In this document: positions 1 to 10,834 of the stretch, in pieces
Numbering within the stretch: position 1 is the stretch's first letter
How the letters are laid out: each line of letters starts with the position of its first letter
DNA from: Candidatus Latescibacterota bacterium
GTDB lineage: Bacteria > Latescibacterota > UBA2968 > UBA8231
NCBI GenBank assembly: GCA_965215195.1
Contig: CBDCDC010000001.1
Coordinates: 288,001-352,000, forward strand
Direction of reading: 5' to 3'
DNA: 64,000 bases
The notes under the pieces: generated by a model
Seen by the model: only the letters and a program-made list of their open reading frames with translations
Told to the model about the DNA's origin: nothing
The model's database searches: none
Made by a program: the position numbers and the translations under genes

Positions 1-1171
1 CCTGCGAAGTGTCGAGTTTAGAAACCTGACGCCGCTAACGGTGCTGCTTGGTCCCAACGGTAGCGGTAAGTCAACGGTGTTTGACGTATTCGCTTTTCTG
101 GCGGAATGCTTCGAGTTGGGGCTGCACCGCGCTTGGGATAAGCGCGGGCGGGGCCAAGAGCTCAAGTCCCGAGGCGGGGACGGGCCGGTAGTCATTGAGA
201 TCAAGTACCGAGAGCAACCGGGACAGCCGCTCATCACCTATCACTTGGCCGTCGACGAACACAACCGAGCCCCAGTGGTCGCAGAAGAGTGGTTGCAATG
301 GCGACGGGGCCAACGCGGAAAGCCGTTTCGCTTTCTCCAATACGAGCGCGGTCAAGGCCGGGCGGTCAGCGGCGATCAGCCAGACGAACGGGACAAGCGG
401 ATAGAAATCCCCCTCAATGCACCCGACCTACTGGCGGTCAATGCACTGGGACAGTTCGCCGAGCATCCGTGCGTGGCAGCCCTGCGCCAGTTCATTACCG
501 GCTGGCATGTGTCCTACCTCTCGGCAGACAGCGCACGCGGTCAACCCGAAACCGGGCCGCAGGAGCAGTTGAGCAAAACGGGCGACAATCTCGCCAATGT
601 CATCCAATACTTGGCCGAGCAGCACCCCGAGCGGCTCGAGCGCATCTTCTCGGTGTTGCGCCAGCGCGTACCGCGCATTGAAAAGGTGCTGGCCGAGACC
701 ATGCGCGACGGCCGCCTGCTGTTGCAAATCAAGGACGCTCCGTTCAGCCACTCGGTGCTGGCGCGATTCGCCTCCGACGGTACGCTCAAAATGCTGGCCT
801 ATTTGGTGCTGCTCCACGACCCGATCCCACCGCCCTTTATCGGCATTGAGGAGCCGGAAAACTTCCTCCACCCCCGGCTGCTTGTGGACCTGGCCGAGGA
901 GTGCCGCGCCGCCGGCGAGCGCACCCAACTACTGGTCACCACGCATTCGCCGTTCTTCCTCAACGCCTTACAATCCAAAGAGGTGCGCGTCCTCTGGCGC
1001 GACGAGCAAGGCTACGCGCAAACGCAATGCGTCGCAGATATGGAGAATGTTCGTGCGTTCATGGACCAAGGGGCGCTGCTCGGCCACCTGTGGATGGAGG
1101 GCCACTTCAACGTGGGCGATCCACTGGTCAACCAAGGCGGGGCCACTGTACCATTCAGCGGGGATGAATGA
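1..1171 (+). CDS. ABC/AAA_21-type ATPase (defence/TA-associated), 5' end outside the window
   Basis: Walker [14 protein letters not shown] signature, Walker B IGIEEPEN and H-loop VTTHSP. The frame is open to the window start. Confidence 0.85.
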   Translation, partial: LRSVEFRNLTPLTVLLGPNGSGKSTVFDVFAFLAECFELGLHRAWDKRGRGQELKSRGGDGPVVIEIKYREQPGQPLITYHLAVDEHNRAPVVAEEWLQWRRGQRGKPFRFLQYERGQGRAVSGDQPDERDKRIEIPLNAPDLLAVNALGQFAEHPCVAALRQFITGWHVSYLSADSARGQPETGPQEQLSKTGDNLANVIQYLAEQHPERLERIFSVLRQRVPRIEKVLAETMRDGRLLLQIKDAPFSHSVLARFASDGTLKMLAYLVLLHDPIPPPFIGIEEPENFLHPRLLVDLAEECRAAGERTQLLVTTHSPFFLNALQSKEVRVLWRDEQGYAQTQCVADMENVRAFMDQGALLGHLWMEGHFNVGDPLVNQGGATVPFSGDE

Positions 1172-1378
1172 TGGCGAATCCACATCTGGAGTTTCTGGTC
1201 GAAGAGCCTTCTATGGAGGCATTCCTGCATGAATTACTTCCGCGCCTGTTTCCCGAAAGCTGCCCCTTCTTTCGCATCCATGCATTTCAGGGCAAGAAGG
1301 ACATGTTGGATAAATTACAGGATCGTCTAAAGGGCTATGCCCATTGGCCGTCGAATTATGGGCGTATCGTCGTGGTGA
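1168..1378 (+). pseudogene. N-terminal fragment of a DUF4276-like protein, fused in frame to the next gene
   Basis: [15 protein letters not shown]...[11 protein letters not shown]...RIVVV resembles the DUF4276 N-terminus that usually follows such ATPases. It is AT-richer and stops before the usual DxD motif. Confidence 0.7.
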
Positions 1379-3246
1379 TCCTCCCCCTGCTTTGCGCTCT
1401 CGCGCTGGCAGCGGGCGGCTGCGCGGGTCTGCGGGGCCACAACGCGCCCGCAGAGCCGACGTACCCGGACCAAGCCATGCAATACTTTGTCAAGGCCAAG
1501 GTCTTTGAAGCCCAGCACAACTACCTCGGCGCGATAGTCGCCCTGCGCAGCGCGGCCGACCTCGACCCGACTTCGCCCACCATCTACGCCCGCCTCGCGT
1601 ACAACTACCAGCGCATCGACGACGCCCACATGGCCGCCCACTTTGCGCGCCAGGGCTTGGCATTGGACGGCAGCCAAGTGAGGTTGCGCCGCCTGCTGAT
1701 TCGGATCTTGGAGCACGAAGGCGACCACGAGGCCGCCATCGGCCACATCGAAGAGCTGCTGCGCTACGAGCCGGACAATTGGCCGCTCTACCGCCACTTG
1801 GCCTATCTCTACTTTGAAACGGGCCAAACCGAGCGAGTCGCTCCGCTCTTCAAGGAGGTGCTCGCCCAAGAGCAAGTGCCGCCGGAGGTCGAGGTGGACA
1901 TCGCCAGCATTTTTTCTCGCATCGGCCTGCAAAAAGAGGCCGAGCGCATCTACCGCCGGGTCCTCGCGGCCGATCCTGTGGTTGAGGACGCTTGGCTGGG
2001 CCTAGCCGAACTCAAGTTGGCGCAAGAGGACCGCCCCCAAGCTATCGCCATTTACCGAGAGGCCGCAGGCCATCTGCCCGACAGCAGCGTCCCCTACCAC
2101 TTGGCGCGGCTGATGGCCTCCGAGCACGACCTAGCGGAAATCCTCGTCGAAGAGGGTGCCGAAGTGCTCTACCACTTGGGAGTGGCCCTGTCCGAAGCCG
2201 GCAAGTACGACCAAGCCACGTTGGTCTTTAAGCGCATCGTCGAGATGCAGCCGCAAACGGTCGAGCAGTGGACCGACCTAGCGCGCTACTACATCTACTT
2301 GGAGGATTACGACTCTGCCACTGCCGTCCTCAGCCAAGCGGCAGAGGCCATGCCCGACAGCAGCGAGATTTACCTGTACTGGGGGACGGCCCTAGAGAGC
2401 ACTGGGCGCTACGACGAGGCCATCGCCGCGTACCAGCGCGGCCTCGAGCACCTGCCCGACGCGGTTGAGCTATATCTATACTGGGGACTCGCACTAGAGC
2501 AACAAGACGCTTGGCAAGAGGCCATTGGCGTCTATAGCCAAGCGCTCGCAGTGTCCCCGGGCCACGCCGACTTGCACGTGCGATGGGGCATCAGCTTGGG
2601 GCGGCAGGGGCAGTGGGAAGACGCGCTGGGCCAATACGAAACAGCGACCGCGCTCGACTCCGCGTACAGCCCGGCCTTTTTGCACTGGGGCATCGCCCTA
2701 GAGGAACTGGAGCGCTGGGAAGCGGCACTCGAGAAATTGAATCAGGCTGTCGCGCTCGCCAGCGACAAGGGCCACCCGCTTTTTTACCTCGGCTCTTGCT
2801 ATGAGCAGGCTTCGCGCAAACTTGGCCGCGACGAGTACTTCGACCGCGCAGTAGAGACCTTCCAACGCCTGTTGGAGCTCGATCCAAACGATGCCTACGC
2901 GCTCAACTACCTCGGCTACATGTACGCGGACAAGGGCATGCGGCTGACAGAAGCGGTCGCGCTCTTGGAGAAGGCGATCGCACTTGAGCCGAACAACAGC
3001 GCGTTTCTCGACAGCATGGGCTGGGCCTATTTCCGCCTCGGGGAGCTAGCCCAAGCCGAGCACTACCTGCAACAAGCCTTGGAGCTGATGGACGAGGGCG
3101 ACCCGGAGGAGCAGGCCGTGATCTTCGACCACGCTGGCGACATTGCCCGCGCCCTCGGTAAAACGGACGAGGCGCACACGCATTGGCAGAAGGTGCTGGA
3201 ACTCGCGCCCGACAACGAAGAGGTCCGGCGCAAGCTGCTGCCATGA
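1168..3246 (+). CDS. Multi-TPR (lipo)protein; chimeric ORF whose true start may be a GTG near 1372-1375
   Basis: Hydrophobic stretch with lipobox-like LAAGGC, many TPRs, and the C-terminal ALNYLGY..AD / [10 protein letters not shown] / DHAGD motifs typical of envelope TPR proteins found upstream of lolB. Confidence 0.85.
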   Translation: MMANPHLEFLVEEPSMEAFLHELLPRLFPESCPFFRIHAFQGKKDMLDKLQDRLKGYAHWPSNYGRIVVVILPLLCALALAAGGCAGLRGHNAPAEPTYPDQAMQYFVKAKVFEAQHNYLGAIVALRSAADLDPTSPTIYARLAYNYQRIDDAHMAAHFARQGLALDGSQVRLRRLLIRILEHEGDHEAAIGHIEELLRYEPDNWPLYRHLAYLYFETGQTERVAPLFKEVLAQEQVPPEVEVDIASIFSRIGLQKEAERIYRRVLAADPVVEDAWLGLAELKLAQEDRPQAIAIYREAAGHLPDSSVPYHLARLMASEHDLAEILVEEGAEVLYHLGVALSEAGKYDQATLVFKRIVEMQPQTVEQWTDLARYYIYLEDYDSATAVLSQAAEAMPDSSEIYLYWGTALESTGRYDEAIAAYQRGLEHLPDAVELYLYWGLALEQQDAWQEAIGVYSQALAVSPGHADLHVRWGISLGRQGQWEDALGQYETATALDSAYSPAFLHWGIALEELERWEAALEKLNQAVALASDKGHPLFYLGSCYEQASRKLGRDEYFDRAVETFQRLLELDPNDAYALNYLGYMYADKGMRLTEAVALLEKAIALEPNNSAFLDSMGWAYFRLGELAQAEHYLQQALELMDEGDPEEQAVIFDHAGDIARALGKTDEAHTHWQKVLELAPDNEEVRRKLLP

Positions 3247-3977
3247 AGTGGTTCGCGCTCTGCGCCCTAGCGCTAGCTTGCGCGCCGCCGCCGGTGGTGC
3301 GGGAGGGCTGGGATGCGGCCGAGGGGCCGGCCGCCTTGCTCGCGGCCTCGGCGTCCCTCGCCCAGCTCGCGGACCTGACGGCGGAAGCGGCCATTGAGCT
3401 GCGGCGCGGCCCAATGCGCGATCAGGGCACGGCCCTCGTGCAGCTAATCAATCCCGATCTCTTCCGCATCGAAGTGCGCGGCCCCTTTTTCACGCACATT
3501 TTTACGGCCCTGCTCGAAGGCGACAGCCTGACTGTGTACGGCCGGGCCGTGGATCCGCCCTTAAAAGGACCGATGCGCGGCCGGTTGCTGACTACGCTGA
3601 CCGGGCTGGATTTTGGGTCATGCGACCTGCGCTACGCCTTGCTCGGCCTCGTCGAGCCGGGTTCCATAGCCGGGCCGGTCGAGTATCCGCACGCCGACCA
3701 AGCAGTAGTCGCGCTCACCGGAGGGCGGCGGGCGTGGCTGGATTTGCGTCGCGGCTTGGTGTTGCGCGAGAGCATCCCGCTGCCCGGGGGCGATGTCCTG
3801 CTCCGCGAGCTAAGGGAATACCGCCGCGAGGACGCGCTTTACTTGCCGCGCCGAGTGGAAATACGCCAAGCCGATGTGTCGCTAGTGTTGGATTACAAAC
3901 GCTATGCCTTCAACAGTGGGCTGGACGCCAGCCAATTGCAGCAGGGACTACCTGAGGGAGTGATGCGAGTGCCGTGA
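3243..3977 (+). CDS. LolB-like / DUF4292-like lipoprotein
   Basis: ATG overlaps the TPR gene stop (ATGA); [13 protein letters not shown] lipobox; beta-rich LolA/LolB-like pattern; synteny with the TPR gene. Confidence 0.6.
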   Translation: MKWFALCALALACAPPPVVREGWDAAEGPAALLAASASLAQLADLTAEAAIELRRGPMRDQGTALVQLINPDLFRIEVRGPFFTHIFTALLEGDSLTVYGRAVDPPLKGPMRGRLLTTLTGLDFGSCDLRYALLGLVEPGSIAGPVEYPHADQAVVALTGGRRAWLDLRRGLVLRESIPLPGGDVLLRELREYRREDALYLPRRVEIRQADVSLVLDYKRYAFNSGLDASQLQQGLPEGVMRVP

Positions 3978-4045
3978 GACAGCCGCGTTGTTTGACAGCT
4001 ATAGGCTTAATGCGTACCTAAATTAACACTTCTAAGGAAATTTTT

Positions 4046-4252
4046 ATGGTTTCATATACGGACCAACAAGCACTCATTCAACAGGTGCTTCACAAGCTCC
4101 AACTACTACCGCCGGAACGCCTTGCCACGGTTGGGGACTTCGTCGATTTCCTTTATGATCAGGAGCGGGCACTAACTCAGGCTGCCTTAAAAACCGCTGA
4201 GGCCAGCTTTAATCAAGTCTGGGATAATTTAGAAGATGCAGACTACGAATAG
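4046..4252 (+). CDS. DUF2281-like orphan antitoxin
   Basis: LPPERLATVGDFVDFL...EASFNQVWDNLEDADYE motif; AT-rich; AAGGA RBS upstream; no toxin follows. Confidence 0.65.
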   Translation: MVSYTDQQALIQQVLHKLQLLPPERLATVGDFVDFLYDQERALTQAALKTAEASFNQVWDNLEDADYE

Positions 4253-4287
4253 AGCACTTCAACAATACATTTTTGGGAGAAAATTCT

Positions 4288-5424
4288 ATGACCAAACTCC
4301 AAGTAGGCATGATCGGCGGCGGCGGCCCCGATTCCTTTTTCGGCATGGTCCACAATCGCGCCATCGCGCTCGACGCCAGCCGCGAATTGGTCGCCGGCGC
4401 ACTGCGCTCCAACCCAGAGGCGGCCATGCGCGCTGCCTTCGACTACGGCATCCAAGGTTATCCCACCTACCAAGCGCTGTTAGAGGCGGTGCAAAGCGGC
4501 GAGCAAGCCCTCGACTACGTCACCATCGTCACTCCCAACTTCGCCCACTACGAGCCAGCCAAAGCCTTTTTGCAGGCCGGCATCCCGGTGCTCTGCGAAA
4601 AGCCCATCACCATGACGGTCGCCGAAGCCGAAGACTTGGCCCAGATCGTCGAGCGCGAGCAGGTGCCCTTTGTGCTGGCCCACACCTATACGGGCCATCC
4701 CATGATGATGCTGGCCAAGGAAATGATCCAAAGCGGCGAGATCGGTCAAGTCCGCAAGGTGGTTTCCTGGTACAACCAAGGCTGGCTGGCCACGGCCCTC
4801 GAACAGACCGGCCAGCAGCAGGCGTCTTGGCGCACCGATCCCGAGCGCACGGGCATTTCCAATTGCGGCGGCGACATTGGCACACACGCTTTCATCGCGG
4901 CAACTTGGGTGACCGGGCTGGCCGTCGAGCGGGTCTCGGCGCGGCTCAACACCTTTGTCCAAGGCCGGGTGCTCGACGACGACTTCAATGTGATCGGGGA
5001 GCTAAAAAACGGCGGCACCGCCCTGATCACGGCCACGCAGATCGCGGTTGGCTACCGCAACGACAACGGCTTCCGCGTCTTCGGCACCAAAGGCTCTATC
5101 GAATGGCATCAGGAGCGGGCCGAATGCCTGCTGGTGCGCCACGGCGATGGCCGCGACATTACCTACTGGACTGGCGCTGAATTCGACCTGCCCGCGTCGA
5201 TCGCCTCGTACTTGCGCGTACCCTCAGGGCACCACGAGGACTTCTTCCCGGCCCTCGCCAACCTCCACACCACCATTGAGCGGCTCATCCGCACGCGCCG
5301 CGGCGAACAGGACGTGCCCGCGGCCTTTCCGCATCCGGGCGTGAAGGAGGGCGTAGCGGGCATGCAATTCGTCGCGGCCGCAGTAGAATCGTCCAAAAGA
5401 AGCGGCGCGTGGACGCAGGTTTAG
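4288..5424 (+). CDS. Gfo/Idh/MocA family NAD(P)-dependent oxidoreductase
   Basis: GMIGGG Rossmann start, IVTPN..H, CEKP and GDIGTH motifs. Confidence 0.92.
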   Translation: MTKLQVGMIGGGGPDSFFGMVHNRAIALDASRELVAGALRSNPEAAMRAAFDYGIQGYPTYQALLEAVQSGEQALDYVTIVTPNFAHYEPAKAFLQAGIPVLCEKPITMTVAEAEDLAQIVEREQVPFVLAHTYTGHPMMMLAKEMIQSGEIGQVRKVVSWYNQGWLATALEQTGQQQASWRTDPERTGISNCGGDIGTHAFIAATWVTGLAVERVSARLNTFVQGRVLDDDFNVIGELKNGGTALITATQIAVGYRNDNGFRVFGTKGSIEWHQERAECLLVRHGDGRDITYWTGAEFDLPASIASYLRVPSGHHEDFFPALANLHTTIERLIRTRRGEQDVPAAFPHPGVKEGVAGMQFVAAAVESSKRSGAWTQV

Positions 5425-5511
5425 TGGGCGTCGCTCTTTGCGAATATGTCAATTTTATGTCATCTTAATTTTAGGTAAGGATTCTTAAAACCCTTTGGAG
5501 GAGAGTGTTCC

Positions 5512-7848
5512 ATGAAACTGCTTTACGTCTTTTGTGCTGCGGCCATCTTGTTCGCCGCCTGTGCAGACCGAGATCCCCTGTCGTCCACTGCGGACCCATC
5601 TATCGCGCATAGAGCAGGCAAGTCAACCACCTCAACCGGGCCGGTCGCTGGCTTGCCTGAACCGCGCGAGCCCGCGCACTTCACAGTGCGGATCGAAAAC
5701 ATCGGTACCCTCCTCGCTCCAGGCGCGTGGGTCGCTCAGCGCGGGGGTACGCCTCTCTTCGTCGACGGCCAGCCCGATCGCGGCGCTGGCCTCGAAGCCC
5801 TCGCCGAGGACGGCAGTCCCGCCGAACTAGCGACGAGTCTGACCATAAACAGCGGGGTTTTCACCACGCCGGAGGGAGCCGATGGCCCCGGTCCGCTGCC
5901 TCCGGGCAATGCCTATGAATTCAGCTTCATTGCCCGGCCGGGTGACCGGCTGTCGTTTGCCACCATGTACGTGCAGTCCAACGACCTGTTCTTGGCACCG
6001 GACGACACTGGCATTGCCCTGTTCAACGACGACGGCCAGTCAATAAGCGACGACGTCACCGCTCTGGTCCGCCTGTGGGATGCGGGCACGGAAGTCAACG
6101 AGGAGCCGGGCGTGGGCGAAAACCAAGCGCCGCGGCAGGCTGGGGCCAACACCGGCGCGGACGAAGGGGGTGCGGTGCGCTTAGTGGACGACGGGTTCAC
6201 CTATCCGGCCGTGAGCGACATCGTGCGCATCACCGTCTTCTCTGAAGGTGGCGTGAGCATCAGTGACGTGGACGACGTGGACGACGACACGGATGGCGAC
6301 GTGGACGACGGCGACATGGACGACGGCGACACGGATGGCGACATGGACGACGACCCAACCGGGCCCGAGGTTGTGATAACGCCCGGTGTTCTGTTCCTGA
6401 CCAATGAGCTGATAAGCTATTTTCAGGACGCCCTATTGGTCGCGCTGCTCGCGGATGAGAGGACGATTGACGGAGCTAGCGGTGGCACGTTGGCCATTGC
6501 GGGCAACGAATGGGTGCTAACGGATTATTCGCCCAATGGGACGCTGGTGCTCAACGGCACCTTGAACGTGGGCGAAGATCAGTTTCCCAGCATTCCCGTA
6601 ACTGGAGAGATAACCGCTTCCGGTGCGTTCAATGCTGCGGTATCGTTAGACCTTCTGGTCGATCTGTCTGGCGCTGAGCCCTCTGTGACCGGCACTATTA
6701 CCGTTGGGGTGCCTTACGACATCAGTGCTATCATCGCAGCGGCTGAAGCACTCGCTGGCGACGGCGATGCAGATGGCGATGGCGATGCAGATGGCGATGG
6801 CGATGCAGATGGCGATGCAGATGGCGATGCAGACGGTGAAGGCGACGCGGATGGCGATGCCGATGCGGACGGTGATGCCGATGCGGACGGTGATGCCGAT
6901 GCGGATGGCGACAGCGACGCGGATGGCGACGGCGATGCGGACGGTGATGCCGATGCGGATGGCGACGCAGATGCAGACGGTGATGCCGATGCGGACAGCG
7001 ACGGCGATGCAGACGGTGATGCCGATGCAGACGGCGACGGCGATGCGGATGGCGACGCAGACAGCGACGGCGATGCGGATGGCGACGCAGACAGCGACGG
7101 CGATGCGGATGGCGACGCAGACAGCGACGGCGATGCGGATGGCGACGCAGATGCAGACGGTGATGCCGATGCAGACGGCGACGGCGATGCGGATGGCGAC
7201 CTCACTGGCGGTCCGACCGCCCCGACCGGTCCGGTCGCTGGCTTGGCTGAACCGCGTGTGCCGGTGCAATTTACGGTGCGGATCGAAAACATCGGCACCC
7301 TCCTCGCTCCAGGCGCGTGGGTCGCTCAGCGCGGGGGTACGCCCCTGTTCAGCGCTGGCCAGCCCGATCGCGGTGCTGGCCTCGAAGCCCTCGCCGAAGA
7401 CGGCAATCCAGCGGAACTGGCGGCGAACCTCCACCCAAACAGCGGGGTTTTCACCACGCCGGTGGGAGCCGATGGCCCCGGTCCGCTGCCTCCGGGCAAT
7501 GCCTATGAATTCAGCTTCGTTGCCCGGCCGGGTGACTGGCTGTCGTTTGCCACCATGTACGTGCAGTCCAACGACCTGTTCTTGGCACCCGACGACACCG
7601 GCATTGCCCTGTTCACCGACGGTCAGCCAATAAGCGGCGATGTCACCGCTCAGATCGGCCTGTGGGACGCCGGCACGGAAGTCAACGAGGAGCCGGGCGT
7701 GGGCGAAAACCAAGCGCCGCGGCAGGCTGGGGCCAACACCGGCGCGGACGAAGGGGGTGCGGTGCGCTTAGTGGACGACGGGTTCACCTATCCGGCCGTG
7801 AGCGACATCGTGCGCATCACCATCTCCGCCGCAGGTTCTGAGGGCTGA
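5512..7848 (+). CDS. Lipoprotein with two Spondin_N-like domains and an Asp/Gly/Ala-rich repeat linker
   Basis: Lipobox LFAAC; [21 protein letters not shown] and WDAGTEVNE motifs each occur twice; GGAGG RBS. Confidence 0.85.
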   Translation: MKLLYVFCAAAILFAACADRDPLSSTADPSIAHRAGKSTTSTGPVAGLPEPREPAHFTVRIENIGTLLAPGAWVAQRGGTPLFVDGQPDRGAGLEALAEDGSPAELATSLTINSGVFTTPEGADGPGPLPPGNAYEFSFIARPGDRLSFATMYVQSNDLFLAPDDTGIALFNDDGQSISDDVTALVRLWDAGTEVNEEPGVGENQAPRQAGANTGADEGGAVRLVDDGFTYPAVSDIVRITVFSEGGVSISDVDDVDDDTDGDVDDGDMDDGDTDGDMDDDPTGPEVVITPGVLFLTNELISYFQDALLVALLADERTIDGASGGTLAIAGNEWVLTDYSPNGTLVLNGTLNVGEDQFPSIPVTGEITASGAFNAAVSLDLLVDLSGAEPSVTGTITVGVPYDISAIIAAAEALAGDGDADGDGDADGDGDADGDADGDADGEGDADGDADADGDADADGDADADGDSDADGDGDADGDADADGDADADGDADADSDGDADGDADADGDGDADGDADSDGDADGDADSDGDADGDADSDGDADGDADADGDADADGDGDADGDLTGGPTAPTGPVAGLAEPRVPVQFTVRIENIGTLLAPGAWVAQRGGTPLFSAGQPDRGAGLEALAEDGNPAELAANLHPNSGVFTTPVGADGPGPLPPGNAYEFSFVARPGDWLSFATMYVQSNDLFLAPDDTGIALFTDGQPISGDVTAQIGLWDAGTEVNEEPGVGENQAPRQAGANTGADEGGAVRLVDDGFTYPAVSDIVRITISAAGSEG
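5635..7824 (+). repeat. About 600-bp intragenic direct repeat (approx. 5635-6235 and 7225-7824) encoding the two spondin domains
   Basis: Near-identical DNA by eye; the last ~150 bp appear identical. Confidence 0.9.
6757..7200 (+). repeat. Low-complexity (D-G/A/S)n coding repeat, including a 30-bp unit x3 at 7051-7140
   Basis: ggcgacgcagacagcgacggcgatgcggat occurs three times within 6/12/18-nt periodic repeats. Confidence 0.95.
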
Positions 7849-7885
7849 GATGACTCAGTGCCGGCGACCTAGGCACTGTTAAACG

Positions 7886-7928
7886 CGAAAAGTGGAGGTA
7901 ATGGCTTTGCCGTTGCCTCCATTTTTCG
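7886..7928 (+). terminator. Probable intrinsic terminator hairpin
   Basis: cgaaaagtggaggtaatggc-ttt-gccgttgcctccatttttcg forms a 20-bp stem with G-U pairs after the spondin gene. Confidence 0.7.
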
Positions 7929-8208
7929 TCTACATGCGCCGCAGCGAATCAACGATATCATCGCGGCGGCTGACTCCTCGATTACGCCGCTCCCGACATC
8001 ATCGAGAGCCATAGTTACTGGTCGTGTCGCTACGATTCCGCGATATTCGCTGCCCCCCGCTTCAAGCGGCTCTACCAGCCGGTCAGCGTCCGCGTAACTG
8101 ACTGGACTCGTAAGCGTTGCAAGTCCAACCCGGAATCCCTGTTCGGAATCTGGGTGGGGGGTAGGTCAACCATACAACGAGGGTGTCGCGTAGTAAGGGT
8201 TATGCCCT

Positions 8209-8251
8209 AAAAAGTGGAGGTGACGTTCTCACTCGTTGCCTCTTCTTTTTT
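8209..8251. terminator. Hairpin/terminator downstream of dppB, related in sequence to the 7886 hairpin
   Basis: aaaaagtggaggtgacg...cgttgcctcttctttttt. Confidence 0.6.
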
Positions 8252-8258
8252 GTCACCC

Positions 8259-9269
8259 CTAGTCCTCGTCGTAGCGTATCCGCGGATCCAGCCAAGCGTA
8301 GAGCACGTCGGCGATGAGGTTGGCCAGCACAAAGACCGTGGCCAGCAGCAAAACCCCGCCCTGCACGGCGCGGAAGTCGCGCGCCTGCACCGCCAAAAAG
8401 AGCCAGCGCCCAACCCCGGGCCAAGCAAAGATGGTCTCGGTGATGACCGCGCCCCCGAGCAGGTAGCCGAATTCGAGGGCAATGACCGTAAGCGTGGGTA
8501 TAAAGGCGTTTTTCAGGGCGTGGCGCACAATCACCACCCGCTGCCGCAGGCCCTTGGCCCAAGCCGTGCGGATGTAGTCCTCGCCGAGGACGTCGAGCAA
8601 GCTGGCGCGGGTCATGCGCGCAATGACGGCCATGGGAATGGTCCCCAAAGTCAGGGCTGGAAGAAAAAGGTGCCACAGCACGTCGCCGCAGGCCGCGAAA
8701 TCGCCCTGCGCGAGGGCGTCGATTACGTAGAAATAAGTGATCGGCTCAAAGTAGATATGCGTGCTCAAGCGGCCGGACACCGGAAAGAGCGGCACGTAAA
8801 AGGCCAATAGCAACACCAGCATCAGGGCCAGCCAAAATACGGGAATGGAAATGCCGGCCGTGGCCAAGATCATGCTGAGGAGATCGGCGATTTTGCCCCG
8901 CCGCACCGCGGCCCACAGTCCGGCCGCGATGCCGACCGTCATGGCCAGCAGCATACTGGCCAAGGTCAGCTCGCAGGTGGCCGGAAAGCGCTGGACGAGC
9001 TCGGTGGTGATTTTCTCGTGGGTGCGAATTGAGCGGCCGAGGTCGCCGCGCAACAGGCCGGTGAAGAAGCGGTAAAACTGCACGTGAAAGGGCTGGTCGA
9101 GGCCCATGGTCGCGCGCAGCTCGGCCAAGCTCTCGGCATTGGCGCGCTCCCCGAGCATGACTTGGGCCGGGTCGCCCGGCACCAAGTAGAGCATCAGAAA
9201 AACCAACAGCGAAATCCCCGCCAGCGTCGGCAAAAGCGCGATGAGCCGCCGGAGGACGAAGCGGTACAT
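8259..9269 (-). CDS. dppB: Dipeptide/oligopeptide ABC transporter permease
   Basis: PGDPA, DLGRS, RFPAT.EL and the EAA-like EDYIRTAWAKGL motif. Confidence 0.92.
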   Translation of the reverse strand: MYRFVLRRLIALLPTLAGISLLVFLMLYLVPGDPAQVMLGERANAESLAELRATMGLDQPFHVQFYRFFTGLLRGDLGRSIRTHEKITTELVQRFPATCELTLASMLLAMTVGIAAGLWAAVRRGKIADLLSMILATAGISIPVFWLALMLVLLLAFYVPLFPVSGRLSTHIYFEPITYFYVIDALAQGDFAACGDVLWHLFLPALTLGTIPMAVIARMTRASLLDVLGEDYIRTAWAKGLRQRVVIVRHALKNAFIPTLTVIALEFGYLLGGAVITETIFAWPGVGRWLFLAVQARDFRAVQGGVLLLATVFVLANLIADVLYAWLDPRIRYDED

Positions 9270-9272
9270 TGG

Positions 9273-10832
9273 TCAAGGGGCTAGCGCGGTGCTGTGGAAC
9301 CACTTGCTGCCCGTAGGATGCAGCTTGAAGCCAGTGACGCGGCGCTGGAAAGCCACCGTCTGCGTCGCGTGTACTAGGGGGACCCAGGGCGCGTCGCGGT
9401 GGACGATTTCCTGCGCCCGGGCATAGAGCTGCGTACGCTCGGCGCGGTCGGTGGAGCGGCGAGCCGCGACGAGGGCCTCGTGCAGCTCGGCACTGCGGTA
9501 GAAGGAGATATTCTGGGCCGGCTTGACGGCCGCGGTGGAGTCGAGGAGCACGTAGAGGAAGTTGTCCGGGTCGCCGTTGTCGCCGGTCCAGCCCAACAAG
9601 GCCATCTGGTGCTGGCCGTCGAACACCTTGTCCAAGTACGTCCCCCATTCCCAAGACACAATGCGGGCGCGGATGCCCACCTTTTCCAAGTCGGCCTGAA
9701 TGGCCTCGGCGATCTTGCTGGGCTGCGGCATATAGGGCCGCGGCACCGGCATGGCCCACAGCTCGGTCTCAAAGCCGTCGGCATAACCGGCTTCCGCTAG
9801 CAAGGCCCGCGCCTTCGCCGGATCGTAACCGTAGCCCGCAATGGCGTCGTTGTAGCTCCACAGGGTCGGCGGGATGGGGTTTTTGGCCGGCATGGCCAAG
9901 CCCTCGTAGAAATTGTCCACGAGGGCCTGCTTATCCACGGCGTGGTTTACGGCGCGGCGCACCCGCACGTCGTCGAAAGGCTTCTTGTCCATGTGCATGG
10001 CCAAGTAGCCGATGTTCATGCCCGCCTGCGTCAAAAGCTGGAGATTGGGATCGGCGCGGATCGGCTCAATGTACTCGGGGCTGAGGTTGTCAAAGCCGTG
10101 GATCGCGCCCTGCGCAAGCTCCAAGAAGCGCACCGCAGCTTCCTGAATAGGCTTGAAAATTAGGCGGTCAATCTGCGGCTTTGGCCCCCAGTAATCGGGG
10201 TTGCGCTCCAAGACGATGCGCTCGTCCTTGCGCCATTCGACAAAGCGAAACGGGCCGGTGCCAACCGGGTTTTTGAAGTAATCGCGGCCGTAGCGAGCCA
10301 CCGCGGCCGGGCTGACGGCCGCACAGAAGTTCATGGCCAAGTTCGCCAAGAAGGGGGCATGCGGCTCTTTGAGGCGGATGACAAAGGTCGAATCGTCCGG
10401 GGCCTCTAGCGCGGCGACGATGTCGTCCATGCCCATGGCCTGCCAGTACTTGTACGCGCCGGCAACCTTGTGGAAGGGGTGGTCTTTGTACAACTGCCGC
10501 CCGAGGGAAAACAGCATGGCCTCGGCGTCAAAGGGGGTGCCGTCGTGGAAGCGGACCCCGGTGCGCAAGTGGAAGGTCCACGTGAGCTGATCGTCTGCGA
10601 TGTCCCAAGAATGCGCTAGCTGCGGCACCACGGCCGTGCTCGCGCTGTCGTAGGTCACCAAGGTCTCGTACACGTTGTCGCAGACCTTGAACGATTCGCC
10701 GTCGTTTTCAAGCCCCGGATCCAGCCCGATCGAATCCGAGCCGCGGCCAAAAACCAAGGTCTGCTGCGTGCGTTCCTCCCCGCCACAGGCCACGACCAAG
10801 GCGACGAGCAGAAGGGCGACAAGACGCTGCAA
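9273..10832 (-). CDS. dppA: Dipeptide ABC transporter substrate-binding lipoprotein (SBP family 5)
   Basis: Lipobox VVAC; LRTGVRFHDG, PVGTGPF, MPVPRPYMP and GWTGDNGDPDNF motifs. Confidence 0.92.
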   Translation of the reverse strand: MQRLVALLLVALVVACGGEERTQQTLVFGRGSDSIGLDPGLENDGESFKVCDNVYETLVTYDSASTAVVPQLAHSWDIADDQLTWTFHLRTGVRFHDGTPFDAEAMLFSLGRQLYKDHPFHKVAGAYKYWQAMGMDDIVAALEAPDDSTFVIRLKEPHAPFLANLAMNFCAAVSPAAVARYGRDYFKNPVGTGPFRFVEWRKDERIVLERNPDYWGPKPQIDRLIFKPIQEAAVRFLELAQGAIHGFDNLSPEYIEPIRADPNLQLLTQAGMNIGYLAMHMDKKPFDDVRVRRAVNHAVDKQALVDNFYEGLAMPAKNPIPPTLWSYNDAIAGYGYDPAKARALLAEAGYADGFETELWAMPVPRPYMPQPSKIAEAIQADLEKVGIRARIVSWEWGTYLDKVFDGQHQMALLGWTGDNGDPDNFLYVLLDSTAAVKPAQNISFYRSAELHEALVAARRSTDRAERTQLYARAQEIVHRDAPWVPLVHATQTVAFQRRVTGFKLHPTGSKWFHSTALAP

Positions 10833-10834
10833 GG

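Noticed and set aside
6757-7200. CRISPR array
   Set aside because: The repeats are contiguous and coding, with no unique spacers and no cas genes.
6646-7713. Alternative-frame repeat ORFs (MQMAM..., SPSASP..., VAIRIA...)
   Set aside because: They are by-products of the stop-free DGDA repeat in the spondin gene.
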